A stretch of 64,000 nucleotides of DNA from Minisyncoccota bacterium. GTDB taxonomy: Bacteria > Patescibacteriota > Minisyncoccia > Phycocordibacterales > UBA9973. A program made the position numbers and the translations under genes. The stretch is taken from NCBI GenBank assembly GCA_018061865.1, contig JAGOTH010000001.1, positions 4,249-68,248 on the forward strand, written 5' to 3'. Under the pieces are notes generated by a model. It was given only the letters and a program-made list of their open reading frames with translations. It did not search any database and was not told the origin of the DNA. This document shows, piece after piece, positions 17,334 to 27,618 of the stretch; position 1 is the stretch's first letter, and the number at the start of each line of letters is the position of its first letter.

Positions 17334-17463
17334 TTAGAGAGTATAAAAGAAAAAGCCCCTTTAATAAAGGCTTCTTTTAGAGAGCTCCAGCAGCAGCGGC
17401 CTCTGTCGCGGTTGCGTCACCAGCATCAACGCCTGGCAACCCTCCTCCGGCACCCGCATCCCC

Positions 17464-17985
17464 TCACGGAGCTAGAATTACAGGATTTCTATATCTAACT
17501 TGAATCAGTCTCTCTGTTATACGCAGACTGTCTGGTTCGTCTTCCACAACAGAACAGGCAACATTGTATCCTCTTGAATCAACTTGAGTAAAACTAACAT
17601 CTAACTCATCTCCAACGTCAATCAAAAGATTTTTATACACACGGACATTCGAACATCCAGATGGTGAAGAAAAAGAAAATCCGGCATAATCCCCAATCGC
17701 ATCAGAGGAATACTCAACATCAATATCTGTGGACTGACAGGAAATGGTTGGAGACAAAACTGAAAACAAACTTGGAATGACTTTCACATCATTTAGAAGG
17801 GCACACTCCGCTCCACTATCAGCAGAAGAAAAAGATGCTTGTGCATCGGTTGCAGTTCTAGAGAGAACTATTTCTCTGTATGCAATACTAGAAATTCCAA
17901 CCGTAATTGCTAAAATAACAGAAGTTAAAACTACTGCGAGTAAAATTATAAATCCTTTATCTTGTTTTTTGCTTTTTGTTTTCAT
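17464..17985 (-). CDS. pilin-like protein (minor pilin candidate)
   Basis: Start at MKTKSKKQDKGFIILLAVVL (N-terminal hydrophobic helix, pilin-like but lacks E5); last gene of the pilin run. Confidence 0.45.
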   Translation of the reverse strand: MKTKSKKQDKGFIILLAVVLTSVILAITVGISSIAYREIVLSRTATDAQASFSSADSGAECALLNDVKVIPSLFSVLSPTISCQSTDIDVEYSSDAIGDYAGFSFSSPSGCSNVRVYKNLLIDVGDELDVSFTQVDSRGYNVACSVVEDEPDSLRITERLIQVRYRNPVILAP

Positions 17986-17986
17986 T

Positions 17987-18535
17987 TTATTCTGAGAACC
18001 AAGCTGATAGATAATTACCGACAACAATTTTCCTTTCTTTTCCTCCCTGCTGCCAAGCAACCGTTACTGTAACTGTAGCTTCTGAATCATTAATTGGAGA
18101 AATTACAATTCTTCTTCTGAAACTAGTCTTCACTCCAATCGGTTCGTGGGTATAATAAGAAGCCGGAGTTAAAAACAAAGGATTATTACAGATCTCTCCA
18201 ACCGCTGGAACACATTCTTCTATAATAACAGTCGCTGGAATTGGTGTCGCATCAATAGTACAACCATATGGAGGCAAACAAGCAGAAGTGGAGTCCATAA
18301 ATCCGTCCCAACCGGCGCCCCCTGAGGCTTCTCCATCTCGAATATTACGAACAACCTCAATTCCTTCTTGAGCTAAATAGTTTGATATTATTTTATTTTT
18401 TGAATACAAAGCATCAGAGACTCCGTTTCCCGCAACCCAAATCATCGCAACAACAGCTGTCGTTAAAATAGCAAGAGAAACAAGCGTTTCAATCAGTGTA
18501 AATCCCTTATTTAATTTTGTTTTGTTTTTCATCAT
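17987..18535 (-). CDS. type IV pilin/pseudopilin
   Basis: Prepilin leader + NKGFTLIETLVSLAIL. Confidence 0.7.
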   Translation of the reverse strand: MMKNKTKLNKGFTLIETLVSLAILTTAVVAMIWVAGNGVSDALYSKNKIISNYLAQEGIEVVRNIRDGEASGGAGWDGFMDSTSACLPPYGCTIDATPIPATVIIEECVPAVGEICNNPLFLTPASYYTHEPIGVKTSFRRRIVISPINDSEATVTVTVAWQQGGKERKIVVGNYLSAWFSE

Positions 18536-19149
18536 ATACTTGATTCGATAGCTCGCTGAGAGACTGTAGTTTGAATTGAAAAATTTGTATTATTGTTTTT
18601 GGTTGTAACTACACCAGACGCCCTAATTAATACACTCGGCTGTATGCCGTCAGATGGATCCTCGGCTCCAGTCACAGAAAATCCTGACTTCGACAAATCA
18701 ATATCTATATCAATCGGTGTCATATTCAAAAAAGAATCTCCTCCATCAGTAGATTTTTCAATTCGACCCATTCCGTCTGTTTCAATAAAACGATAAATAA
18801 ATTGATCTTCGAGATTTGATCCAGTTTCGTCGAAAGGTGTTCCGTCTACATTTTCGAAAGCAATAGAAAGAGAATTCTCAGTTAGAGAATCACAGTCTTG
18901 TGGAAGCTCCATTGTTCCAGTAAATGCTTTACAGTGGTACAAAGAACCGAGTCTTATGTTTCGAGCCATTTCTTCCATAACGAAACTGAGCCCATCCATT
19001 GAAGAACGCAGATCTTGGGTTTTTCGATAATTATTTCCAGTGTTTAGCATTGCTTGAATTCCAATCGTTACTATTACCACAAAAAGGCCAATTGAAACCA
19101 TTAGTTCCAATAAGGTAAATCCTTTATTCTGTTTTTTTGTAGTAATTTT
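18532..19149 (-). CDS. type IV pilin/pseudopilin
   Basis: Start at MKITTKKQNKGFTLLELMVSIGLFVV. Confidence 0.6.
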   Translation of the reverse strand, partial: KITTKKQNKGFTLLELMVSIGLFVVIVTIGIQAMLNTGNNYRKTQDLRSSMDGLSFVMEEMARNIRLGSLYHCKAFTGTMELPQDCDSLTENSLSIAFENVDGTPFDETGSNLEDQFIYRFIETDGMGRIEKSTDGGDSFLNMTPIDIDIDLSKSGFSVTGAEDPSDGIQPSVLIRASGVVTTKNNNTNFSIQTTVSQRAIESSI

Positions 19150-19156
19150 CATAAAA

Positions 19157-19813
19157 TTAAAAAATGTCTTCAATCGTTCCACTTCTAATTTCAACCTGAC
19201 CAGTACTCCAAACAATTATTGTTTTGGTTAAATCAAATGGAGATTTTATTTCAATCTGAATATCATCGTATTCTGTAACGGCCAAGTCATCCCCCGTCTC
19301 AGGACTTACCCTGATAATCGCGTTCGGGTAAGGACGAGCAAATAAAACATCTGCTCTGGTTAAAGAACAAACAGTTCCTCTATCAAAACAAATCCGAGCA
19401 ATCCCATATCCTTCTTTAAATAAACTTTCCGAAATACATTCTCCACCAGGGCACCCTGCGGTTGGAATATCAAAGAAAAAATTACGGGAAGAAACTCTAT
19501 CTATAAAGTAGATAAATCTTCCGTCTGGATATGATCCTCCATATTCAAACCTAACCCCATAAGTTGGCCTGTAGTCAATAGAACTAGTCTCTCCACCGAG
19601 TCGCCCTGAGATTGCGGATCGCTGTGCTTCAACCACACGGAGAGCAATGTCATTAGATATATTCTGCATTTCCACATTAGAACCGAACTCTCTGTAATTA
19701 AAAAGAACAATACCAGATATCGTTCCAAAAATACTTAAAATAACAACCATTTCAAGGAATGTCATTCCTTTATTGCTTCGAAATATTTTAAATAATTTTT
19801 GTTTTTTATTCAT
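19157..19813 (-). CDS. type IV pilin/pseudopilin
   Basis: SNKGMTFLEMVVILSIFG prepilin-like N-terminus. Confidence 0.6.
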   Translation of the reverse strand: MNKKQKLFKIFRSNKGMTFLEMVVILSIFGTISGIVLFNYREFGSNVEMQNISNDIALRVVEAQRSAISGRLGGETSSIDYRPTYGVRFEYGGSYPDGRFIYFIDRVSSRNFFFDIPTAGCPGGECISESLFKEGYGIARICFDRGTVCSLTRADVLFARPYPNAIIRVSPETGDDLAVTEYDDIQIEIKSPFDLTKTIIVWSTGQVEIRSGTIEDIF

Positions 19814-19821
19814 TATTTACA

Positions 19822-20616
19822 CTAAACAAAAAGTGCAATGTAAGAAGCTACACTTATGTTTGTTACAAAAACGATGAAAGTTCCAAGAGACAAGAATGGA
19901 GCGAATGGAACTTCTGTTTTAAGATTAAATCCAAATTTTCTAAACAATAATAAAACAAGAGCCACAACTGTTCCTATCCAGAAAGCAAGCAGTACTGCCA
20001 TAATTCCGGAAGAGAGTCCCAAGAGATACCCTATTCCAAATATCAACTTCACATCTCCAAATCCCATTAATCTTTCTTTTGAACCCAAAGATAGTAAGGC
20101 AAACGGAAGGGCCAAGAAAACTCCAGAGAATAGCTCCAAAACACTTGGAACAACTGGACCCGAAATAGAAATGAATATTGAAAAGAAAGAAATAAGAGCG
20201 AAAGCAAGAGAAAGAGCATTCGGTATAACTTTGTGCCGAATGTCATAAACAGAAATAACGAGCAGAAGTGAGAACGCAAACAGTGCGTAGACAAACAAAG
20301 TTATGAAGACAGCCATCGAGTATCCAAGAATAGGAGAAAGAGTTAGCGCCAAGATCAAAACAACAAACCCAGACAAAGCTTCTATGATTGGATATTGAAT
20401 TGAAAGAGACGATTTACAAGAACGACACTTCCCTCTCTGAATCAAATAAGAGAAAAGTGGAATCAGTTCATGAGCGTGGAGTTTCTTCCCGCAAGACATG
20501 CACATACTTCTTCCTCCAAGACCCATTCCTGTGTGATAACGAAGAATCACAACATTTAGAAAACTACCAAGGAGTGTTCCGAGAATAAATAAGAATGCAA
20601 TTACTAGATAGCTCAT
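19822..20616 (-). CDS. pilD: prepilin peptidase (A24 family)
   Basis: Multi-TM with N-terminal Cys-x-x-Cys pairs (CMSCGKK...CRSC) and conserved Asp-containing loops. Confidence 0.8.
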   Translation of the reverse strand: MSYLVIAFLFILGTLLGSFLNVVILRYHTGMGLGGRSMCMSCGKKLHAHELIPLFSYLIQRGKCRSCKSSLSIQYPIIEALSGFVVLILALTLSPILGYSMAVFITLFVYALFAFSLLLVISVYDIRHKVIPNALSLAFALISFFSIFISISGPVVPSVLELFSGVFLALPFALLSLGSKERLMGFGDVKLIFGIGYLLGLSSGIMAVLLAFWIGTVVALVLLLFRKFGFNLKTEVPFAPFLSLGTFIVFVTNISVASYIALFV

Positions 20617-20618
20617 AT

Positions 20619-21134
20619 TTATTGAGCTATATCATAACAATAAGAACCAGTATCTGTATTTCTACACTTTACAGCATCATTTCCAGAACCAGCAGTAAAC
20701 TCACCATTTAGACCAACAGAAGTACCGAGACATCTCGTAACTTCACCCGCACCAATGGACACAATGTCTGCGTCAGTATCAAGAACAACATTGTCTTTTT
20801 CGAGTGTTGTTCCAAGTTGATATCCTGAGCATACTCCACCAACAGAAACTCCCGTTCCTAGATATCTAATTTCAGAAGGAAAAGAAGGAATAAACCCAGC
20901 AGTAACAAGGGACTGCATTCCATTCACAACATTGGAACTCTCAGGATATCCTCCATTTTGTAAGTAATAAAGACTGAGAGCTTTTTGTATTTCACCCATT
21001 GACCTAATCTTACTTGCATCTCTTCCTTTAGCTCTAGCCTCTGCCATAGAACCAAGAATTATTCCGGCTATTATCGCAATAATAGAAATAACTATTAATA
21101 GTTCCACAAGCGTAAATCCTTTTTTATTATTCAT
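20619..21134 (-). CDS. type IV pilin
   Basis: Start at MNNKKGFTLVELLIVISIIAIIAGI. Confidence 0.7.
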   Translation of the reverse strand: MNNKKGFTLVELLIVISIIAIIAGIILGSMAEARAKGRDASKIRSMGEIQKALSLYYLQNGGYPESSNVVNGMQSLVTAGFIPSFPSEIRYLGTGVSVGGVCSGYQLGTTLEKDNVVLDTDADIVSIGAGEVTRCLGTSVGLNGEFTAGSGNDAVKCRNTDTGSYCYDIAQ

Positions 21135-21218
21135 GTTACTTAAATTATATCTTATAAAAAAAACAAAGCAAAACACCCTGTTTAAAAACAGGGTGTTTTG
21201 AAAGACGGTCGCTAAATA

Positions 21219-21722
21219 TTATAGACAGATACCACCAGCAGTTATCGCATCACCGATTGTTTGAACTCCAGTCCATACAATTGATTTAGAATTTCCAGTA
21301 CTATCTACACAGTAAGAGTCTGCTGTTGAGTCACCAGCTGTTCCACCTGTCTTAAGAGTTGCAGCCATTGCCCAAGTTGTAGCAGAAGCAGCACATCTTG
21401 TATTTCCCGCTCCACCAGACTGTGTTATCGCTGTTGTTAGGGCGTTGATTACTGTTGTATCAGCAAAGATGTTTCCTATTGAAGCTACTGTCGGACAGTT
21501 TGCTTCTGCAAAAGCAGAAGAAGCATATGTACTACCGTTACTATCATACCAAAGCTCTGCTTGAGCTCTCATATTATTAAGACTTGATTTAATAGCAGCA
21601 TCTGCTCCTTTGCTTCTTGCTGTGTTTAGTGAAGCAAGAACAACTGAAGCCAAAATACCAATGATTGCAATAACTACCAACAATTCAACGAGTGTAAAAC
21701 CTTTTTCGAACTTTTTTTGCAT
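21219..21722 (-). CDS. type IV pilin (major pilin candidate)
   Basis: MQKKFEKGFTLVELLVVIAIIGILA; C-terminal Cys pair. Confidence 0.75.
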   Translation of the reverse strand: MQKKFEKGFTLVELLVVIAIIGILASVVLASLNTARSKGADAAIKSSLNNMRAQAELWYDSNGSTYASSAFAEANCPTVASIGNIFADTTVINALTTAITQSGGAGNTRCAASATTWAMAATLKTGGTAGDSTADSYCVDSTGNSKSIVWTGVQTIGDAITAGGICL

Positions 21723-21834
21723 AATTTAAGACTAACTTATTTGCGTGGTTTCCCACGACTGAAAACTTGTAATAGATACATTGTATCAAGAAAACACCAC
21801 ATAAGAAACAGGGTGTGGAAAACCTGTGTCTCTT

Positions 21835-23040
21835 TTAAGCAATTCCAGATGCGAGATTGTAGATAGGAACGAGAACTGATGCGAGCAAGAACCCCACTCC
21901 AAGTCCAAGGGCTACAATCATTATTGGCTCAATAAGACCAACGATTGTATCAACCGCTGCATCAACTTCTCTTTTGTAAAATTTTGCTAGTGTTTTTAGA
22001 ATTGAAGATAGAGATCCAGTTTCTTCTCCAACCTTTATCATCTGGATTAGAATTGTTGGAATATATTCAGGGTTTTTTTCAAAGGAAGCAGACAAACTGT
22101 TTCCAGCCTTTACTCCTTCTTCTGCTTCTTTGATTATGTCTTTGTAAACTCTATTTCCTACAACCTCCCCTGTTATCTGAAGTGCTCTAACAATTGGAAT
22201 TCCGGCTGAGATCATAGTGTCCAAGTTGTCAGCAATTCTAGATAAATAAAGTTTTCTAAACAAATTTCCTAATGCAGGAAAAGTCAGCTTTAGATTATCA
22301 AGGTATTTTTTTCCTGAACCACTTCTTGATAATCTGATTAGATACAGAACGCCGGCGACAATTACAGCCAAAATAACAATTCCATAATCAACCAAAAAAT
22401 TTGAGAATCCAATAACAACTTTAGTGTAAAGTGGAACATCTTGTCCGCTCTCTGTTATTATTTGAGAAAGTTTCGGAATAACCATTGTTAACATCAGTGT
22501 CATAACAGCAAAGAAAGTGATGATCACAAATATTGGATAGATAAGAGCATTTTTGGTTTTTGAAGTAAGTTCGTAGTTTCTGTCTAGATAATCTGCCAAG
22601 TATCCGAATGTCTGATTTAATTTTCCAGATTCTTCTCCGGCCTTAACCATATTCACATAGAAATCAGAGAAAACATCATTGTGTTTAGCGAGTGCTCCAG
22701 ATATAGAGTATCCCGCTTGAAGATCATCAACTACTTGGTTTAATTTTCTTTTCAAAAGATCATTGTCGGTTGTGCTTGCAACAAGAGAGAAGGCCTTGAG
22801 TGCTGAAACTTGAGCCTCAAACAAAGTTGAAATTTGTCTAGACAATATAACAATCTCTTTCTGAGGAACTTTCTCGAAAATTGTCATTTCAAGACCTTTC
22901 TTTTTTCCTTCTTCACGAATAGAAACAATTATCATCCCTCTCCTCTGGAGAGACGCGATAGCTAAGTCTTGATTGGCAGCAGCAATAAGCCCCTCCTTTT
23001 CAACTCCATTTTCTTCAATTGCTTTGTATTTAAAGTTCAT
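21835..23040 (-). CDS. pilC: type IV pilus platform protein PilC (GspF family)
   Basis: Two GspF repeats, 3 TM; 401 aa. Confidence 0.85.
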   Translation of the reverse strand: MNFKYKAIEENGVEKEGLIAAANQDLAIASLQRRGMIIVSIREEGKKKGLEMTIFEKVPQKEIVILSRQISTLFEAQVSALKAFSLVASTTDNDLLKRKLNQVVDDLQAGYSISGALAKHNDVFSDFYVNMVKAGEESGKLNQTFGYLADYLDRNYELTSKTKNALIYPIFVIITFFAVMTLMLTMVIPKLSQIITESGQDVPLYTKVVIGFSNFLVDYGIVILAVIVAGVLYLIRLSRSGSGKKYLDNLKLTFPALGNLFRKLYLSRIADNLDTMISAGIPIVRALQITGEVVGNRVYKDIIKEAEEGVKAGNSLSASFEKNPEYIPTILIQMIKVGEETGSLSSILKTLAKFYKREVDAAVDTIVGLIEPIMIVALGLGVGFLLASVLVPIYNLASGIA

Positions 23041-23044
23041 ATTT

Positions 23045-24184
23045 TTACATCAATCTCTCTAATCCTTTTGGGTTAGAAGAGTATAATCTTGCGTTATCAA
23101 TTGTAATCTCTCCCTTTCGCACCAAATCAAGAAGGGATCTGTTCATATCTACCATTCCCTGCTCGAATCCTGTCTCTATAACTACATCAATCTCGTGAGT
23201 TCTTCTTTCTCTTATCAAGTTTGAAACTGCGTTATTGTTTATCAAAAGCTCGTAAGCTGGAACTCTTCCTCCTGTTGTTTTTGGAATAAGTCTCTGAGAG
23301 AAAATTCCAAGCAAGCTTCCTGCAAGTTGTGTTCTGATCTGATCTTGTTGTTCTGGAGGAAATGAGTCAATAATACGATCGATAGTTTGAGAAGCATTAT
23401 TGGTGTGTAGAGTTGAAATAACCAAGTGCCCTGTTTCCGCTGCTGTAACTGCTGTCGCAATAGTTTCAGCATTTCGCATTTCTCCGATCATTATTACGTT
23501 CACGTCTTCTCTAAAAACAGAATTAAGCGCTGTTTGAAAATCATCTGTATCAATTCCAACTTCTCTCTGATCAATAATAGAAGTTTTTGGATCAAAAAGA
23601 TATTCAATTGGATCTTCGATTGTAATTATTCTTTCAGCTCTTTCTGTGTTTATCAAATCAATCATTGCAGCCATTGTTGTAGACTTTCCTTGTCCAACTG
23701 GACCCACAATGAGGAAGAACCCTTGTTTTTTTGTAGCAAATGTTTTTAGAATTGGAGGAAGGTCTAGTTCATCAAGAGGTTTAACTTTTGGAATTAATCT
23801 TAGAGCGATAGAAATATTGCCTCTTGTTACATAGGCATTTCCTCGGAGACGCGCCTCAGTTCCTACAGAATATGAAAAATCTATTTCTTGCTTTTCAATA
23901 AACTTATTTAGTTTTTCTTTACCAATCATTGCCTCGATAACACCTTTCACCTCGTCGTTGGTTAGCTCTTTGTCTCGAAGAAGAGTAATAAGTTCACCAT
24001 TAACTCTCATCACTGGGTGTCTTCCACCGGAGATGTGCAAATCTGAACCTCCTTGGCGAAGTAGATCTAAAACCAGTCTTTCAATTAATTTTTTGTTATC
24101 TTCCATCCCGTTAGAGACAGGTCGCGGTGAAGAGGCTTCACTAATTTCTTTGTCTTCTTTTTTATTTTCTATTTCTGTTTTCAT
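23045..24184 (-). CDS. pilT: twitching-motility retraction ATPase PilT
   Basis: Walker A GPVGQGKST, Asp box, His box; 379 aa. Confidence 0.85.
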   Translation of the reverse strand: MKTEIENKKEDKEISEASSPRPVSNGMEDNKKLIERLVLDLLRQGGSDLHISGGRHPVMRVNGELITLLRDKELTNDEVKGVIEAMIGKEKLNKFIEKQEIDFSYSVGTEARLRGNAYVTRGNISIALRLIPKVKPLDELDLPPILKTFATKKQGFFLIVGPVGQGKSTTMAAMIDLINTERAERIITIEDPIEYLFDPKTSIIDQREVGIDTDDFQTALNSVFREDVNVIMIGEMRNAETIATAVTAAETGHLVISTLHTNNASQTIDRIIDSFPPEQQDQIRTQLAGSLLGIFSQRLIPKTTGGRVPAYELLINNNAVSNLIRERRTHEIDVVIETGFEQGMVDMNRSLLDLVRKGEITIDNARLYSSNPKGLERLM

Positions 24185-24230
24185 ACTTTATTTTTTCCCT
24201 TAGCGACCGCGGTCTCTAACGGGATCCATA

Positions 24231-24626
24231 TTATTTTTGTTCAATTATCTTATTTACTTTCTCAAGAACTTCAGACGGTGTGCAGGAAGCTTTTACAATA
24301 TAACCGTCTACTTCGAGACTATTTCCTCTTTCTATGTCTCCGTCCTGACTCAAGTTAGAAAGAATAATTCTTTTGGCGTTTGGGACGAGCTTTTCATCTC
24401 TTATTTTTTCCAAAAGTTCAAATCCGTCCATAACTGGCATAAGTAAGTCCGTAACAATAACATCAGGAGTTGCTCCCGCCTTTAACTTGTCGAGGGCTAC
24501 TGTTGATCCGAGAGCCGTGTCTACTTGATAACCATTTTGTCCAAACTTTAGAGCATACATATCAAGAAGAAAATTATCATCATCGATAATTAGAATTTTT
24601 TTGCCGTTTTTATTTTCTTCTGCCAT
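24231..24626 (-). CDS. single-domain response regulator (CheY-like receiver) embedded in pilus cluster
   Basis: ILIIDDDNFL...DLLMPVMDGF...K; 131 aa. Confidence 0.8.
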   Translation of the reverse strand: MAEENKNGKKILIIDDDNFLLDMYALKFGQNGYQVDTALGSTVALDKLKAGATPDVIVTDLLMPVMDGFELLEKIRDEKLVPNAKRIILSNLSQDGDIERGNSLEVDGYIVKASCTPSEVLEKVNKIIEQK

Positions 24627-24646
24627 ATAAAATATTATATCAGAAA

Positions 24647-26377
24647 TTAGAGAGTAAATACTTCTTGCATTGGAATATCTCCTTTTAGCGCCTTCAATAT
24701 TGCATCTTCTTTCATTGTCAGCATTCCTTTCGCGCGAGCCACTTTATATATTTCCTGTTCAACTGGATTGGTAAGGATGAGGTGCTGAATTTCCTTATCA
24801 ATCATTAACATTTCGAAAACTCCCACTCTTCCCCGTGTTCCAGACGGACAATCCGGAGTTGGAGATATTTCATACATATCTGATCCAATTGGTAGAGTGT
24901 CTCGTTTTTCTTTTGGCAAATCGGCAAACTGTTTATCGAGAATTATTTTTGTGCTGTCATCAAGTGGAACTTTTTTCTTAGCGCTCTCACAAGAAACTCG
25001 GACAAGTCTCTGAGCAATTGTCATAATTAGGGTTGGTGCAATCAAGTAAGGATCAACTCCCATATCAACAAGTCTCGGTATTGCTCCGATAGCTGTGTTA
25101 GTGTGAAGCGTTGCCAAAACCAAGTGTCCAGTTAGAGCTGCTTGAATAGCAAGTTGAGCTGTTTCCTTATCTCGAATCTCTCCCACCATGATAATATCTG
25201 GGTCTTGTCGGAGAATTGAACGAAGACCACTCGCAAAAGTGTAACCGATATCAGCATTCACTTGTGACTGACTAACTCCGTCAATTTTATATTCAACCGG
25301 ATCTTCAAGAGATACAACATTGTATGTTTCCCTGTCTAACTCGTTTAACATTGAGTACTGAGTGGTAGATTTTCCGCTTCCTGTCGGTCCTGTGATCAAA
25401 ATAAGTCCGTATGGTTTTTTCAAAGCCTCTCTGAAAAGATTTAGATTTTCTTCTCTTAAATTCAAAGACTCGAAACTTTTTATTCCACTACTATTATCCA
25501 AAATTCTTATCACAACTTTCTCACCATAGACTGTTGGGAATGTAGAAATACGGAGATCTATTTTTCTCCCACCCGGAGCAATAACTGAGAAAGATCCATC
25601 TTGTGGTTTTCTTTTTTCGTCCAGACGAAGTTGGGCTTTTAGTTTTATTCTGGCAACAACTCCTTGATAGGCAGGAATTGGAAGAGTTATAGATTTATGA
25701 AGAGAACCGTCTACACGGAAACGGACCACTGCCTGCTCTCTAGTCGGCTCAATGTGAATATCTGAGGCCATTCCTTCTGTGGCAACCTTGATAATGTTAT
25801 CTACTATTTTTATAACCGGAGCTTCTTCAACAATTGTATTTTCTTTTTTTGCTTGTTCTTTTTCTCTTTTCTCTATTTCATCTTGACTGAAAACTGTGGA
25901 GCCGGCGAGTTCGTCATCCAAATCAGAAACTGCCTTGTCTACCTCATTCGACAGACCTTCATAATTTTTTAGTAGTTTTTCAAAAGCAGAATTAGTTATA
26001 AGAAATGCTTTGTAGGGAATGTTATCTTTTGATGCAATAAACTGCAGAGCGTCGAGCGCTTGAATATTTTCAGGATCTACAATTCCGACAGACAAAACCC
26101 CTTCGATGAAACTCATCGGAATAAATCTGTAGTGACGAACTGAATCTTCGGGTATAGACTTTAAAACATCGAAAGGAATTGTGTCGTTATCGACTTTCTT
26201 TATTGGAATACCAAATATCTCTCCTTTTATCTCAAGAAGTTTGTTTTCATCTACTCCGAAAGAGACTGTTGCAGCCTCTTGATTTCCGTTATATTTTTCG
26301 TTGGCAATTCTTAAAACCTCCCCAACTTGATCGGGGGCAAGAAGTCCACGATTAACAAGTTCTTGAAGAATAACCAT
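24647..26377 (-). CDS. pilB: type IV pilus assembly ATPase PilB (GspE family)
   Basis: Walker A GPTGSGKST, GspE N-terminal domain; 576 aa. Confidence 0.85.
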   Translation of the reverse strand: MVILQELVNRGLLAPDQVGEVLRIANEKYNGNQEAATVSFGVDENKLLEIKGEIFGIPIKKVDNDTIPFDVLKSIPEDSVRHYRFIPMSFIEGVLSVGIVDPENIQALDALQFIASKDNIPYKAFLITNSAFEKLLKNYEGLSNEVDKAVSDLDDELAGSTVFSQDEIEKREKEQAKKENTIVEEAPVIKIVDNIIKVATEGMASDIHIEPTREQAVVRFRVDGSLHKSITLPIPAYQGVVARIKLKAQLRLDEKRKPQDGSFSVIAPGGRKIDLRISTFPTVYGEKVVIRILDNSSGIKSFESLNLREENLNLFREALKKPYGLILITGPTGSGKSTTQYSMLNELDRETYNVVSLEDPVEYKIDGVSQSQVNADIGYTFASGLRSILRQDPDIIMVGEIRDKETAQLAIQAALTGHLVLATLHTNTAIGAIPRLVDMGVDPYLIAPTLIMTIAQRLVRVSCESAKKKVPLDDSTKIILDKQFADLPKEKRDTLPIGSDMYEISPTPDCPSGTRGRVGVFEMLMIDKEIQHLILTNPVEQEIYKVARAKGMLTMKEDAILKALKGDIPMQEVFTL

Positions 26378-26379
26378 AA

Positions 26380-27048
26380 TTAATTTCCTCCCAAGCCTCC
26401 GCTAGAAGTCGCTGAAACAGCTGTTCCTGTTGTTGTGAAGCTTGAAACGTCCCCATAAGAATAAGCTGAACCAATTTTTGCCACCGCTCTGAAATAGTAA
26501 GTAGTTCCAGGGCTCATTGCTGTAAGAGTTGTTTCAAATGGAGTTAAGCTTGAAGTTATTTTTGTAGTTGCAGAACCAAGAGATTCTGTTGTTCCGTATT
26601 CAAAAAATCTTTCTGTAAAACTAACTCCTCCGGCCAATATTCCAGACAAAGTTGCTGAAGTATTTGTGATTTTTGTAACTTGACCTGTTTCCACTGGGTC
26701 TCCTGGAGTTGCAAATGGAACATCTTCTCCCACTGGAGCAAATGGATTAGGACGACCCTCTGTTCCTGGTTGAATAAGTTCTATTGTAAAATCACTCAAA
26801 TTGTTAAATGAAGCAGTTTCAAAAACCTCTCCTGAAAGAGTCATGGATTCAAGGTTCAAAAGCTGATCCAAAAATTCTCCTCCAATCTTTTGTTCAGCAT
26901 CAGTAAGTTGATCAATTGAAATTGTGTCGAAAGCGCTCCCCTCAGTTACAACAGAAGAGGATGTTTTGCTTGATTTTATAAATACATTATAAAAGACAAC
27001 AAGCATCACGATCACTAGCACTATTAAGATGATTTTCTTTTTATCCAT
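26380..27048 (-). CDS. PilP-like protein with C-terminal fibronectin type III-like domain
   Basis: N-terminal TM; NPFAP motif; FN3-like VTKITNTSATLSGIL...PGTTYYFRAVA; sits between pilO and pilB. Confidence 0.4.
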   Translation of the reverse strand: MDKKKIILIVLVIVMLVVFYNVFIKSSKTSSSVVTEGSAFDTISIDQLTDAEQKIGGEFLDQLLNLESMTLSGEVFETASFNNLSDFTIELIQPGTEGRPNPFAPVGEDVPFATPGDPVETGQVTKITNTSATLSGILAGGVSFTERFFEYGTTESLGSATTKITSSLTPFETTLTAMSPGTTYYFRAVAKIGSAYSYGDVSSFTTTGTAVSATSSGGLGGN

Positions 27049-27049
27049 A

Positions 27050-27616
27050 TTAATTCTTTAGCCAATAGGTATTTATTGTAAAAGTATACTGGTATACATC
27101 CTTTTGTTCAGTAGCAGAAAATTCTATATTCTTCACATCAACAATTCTCAAGCTGTATTCCAAATCCCTAAGAAGTCCGAGGAATCTGTCATATGGACCT
27201 TCTGTTGTGAAAACAAGTTCGAATGTTCCATATTCTTGGTTTGTGTCAAAAGAATCAGCTCTACCTCTTGAATCTTTGCTATCTTCATCTGCAAAAGCTG
27301 GATCATATTCCACATTCTTCAGTGCCATTCCGTGAGTTGCGGCCATTTGTTCAATTTCCAAAACTAGTTTGATGTTTTCAACACTGTCCGGAAGAAGCTT
27401 CTCTAGCTTGTCTAGATCTTCCTCGGCGAAGCTACTTCTCTTAGAGGCGAGCTGATCTCTAACTTCAGAAAGCTCTCTTGAGTTGTCGAGTGCCTTTGTA
27501 TAAGCACCAACAGTTGTTTTCAATTCCAAAATCTCTCCTCTGATCGGATTTGTAAATACGAAAAATCCTCCCACAGCAACTCCTATTAAAATAATTGGAA
27601 ATAAAAATTTAAACAT
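27050..27616 (-). CDS. pilO: PilO-like pilus assembly protein
   Basis: N-terminal TM plus coiled coil; gene order pilM-pilN-pilO. Confidence 0.5.
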   Translation of the reverse strand: MFKFLFPIILIGVAVGGFFVFTNPIRGEILELKTTVGAYTKALDNSRELSEVRDQLASKRSSFAEEDLDKLEKLLPDSVENIKLVLEIEQMAATHGMALKNVEYDPAFADEDSKDSRGRADSFDTNQEYGTFELVFTTEGPYDRFLGLLRDLEYSLRIVDVKNIEFSATEQKDVYQYTFTINTYWLKN

Positions 27617-27618
27617 AA

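Noticed and set aside
17259-17498. ORF 17259..17498(+) across the GC-rich island
   Set aside because: Overlaps the ligA start on the opposite strand; the Q/R/H/L-rich translation is a by-product of GC-rich sequence.
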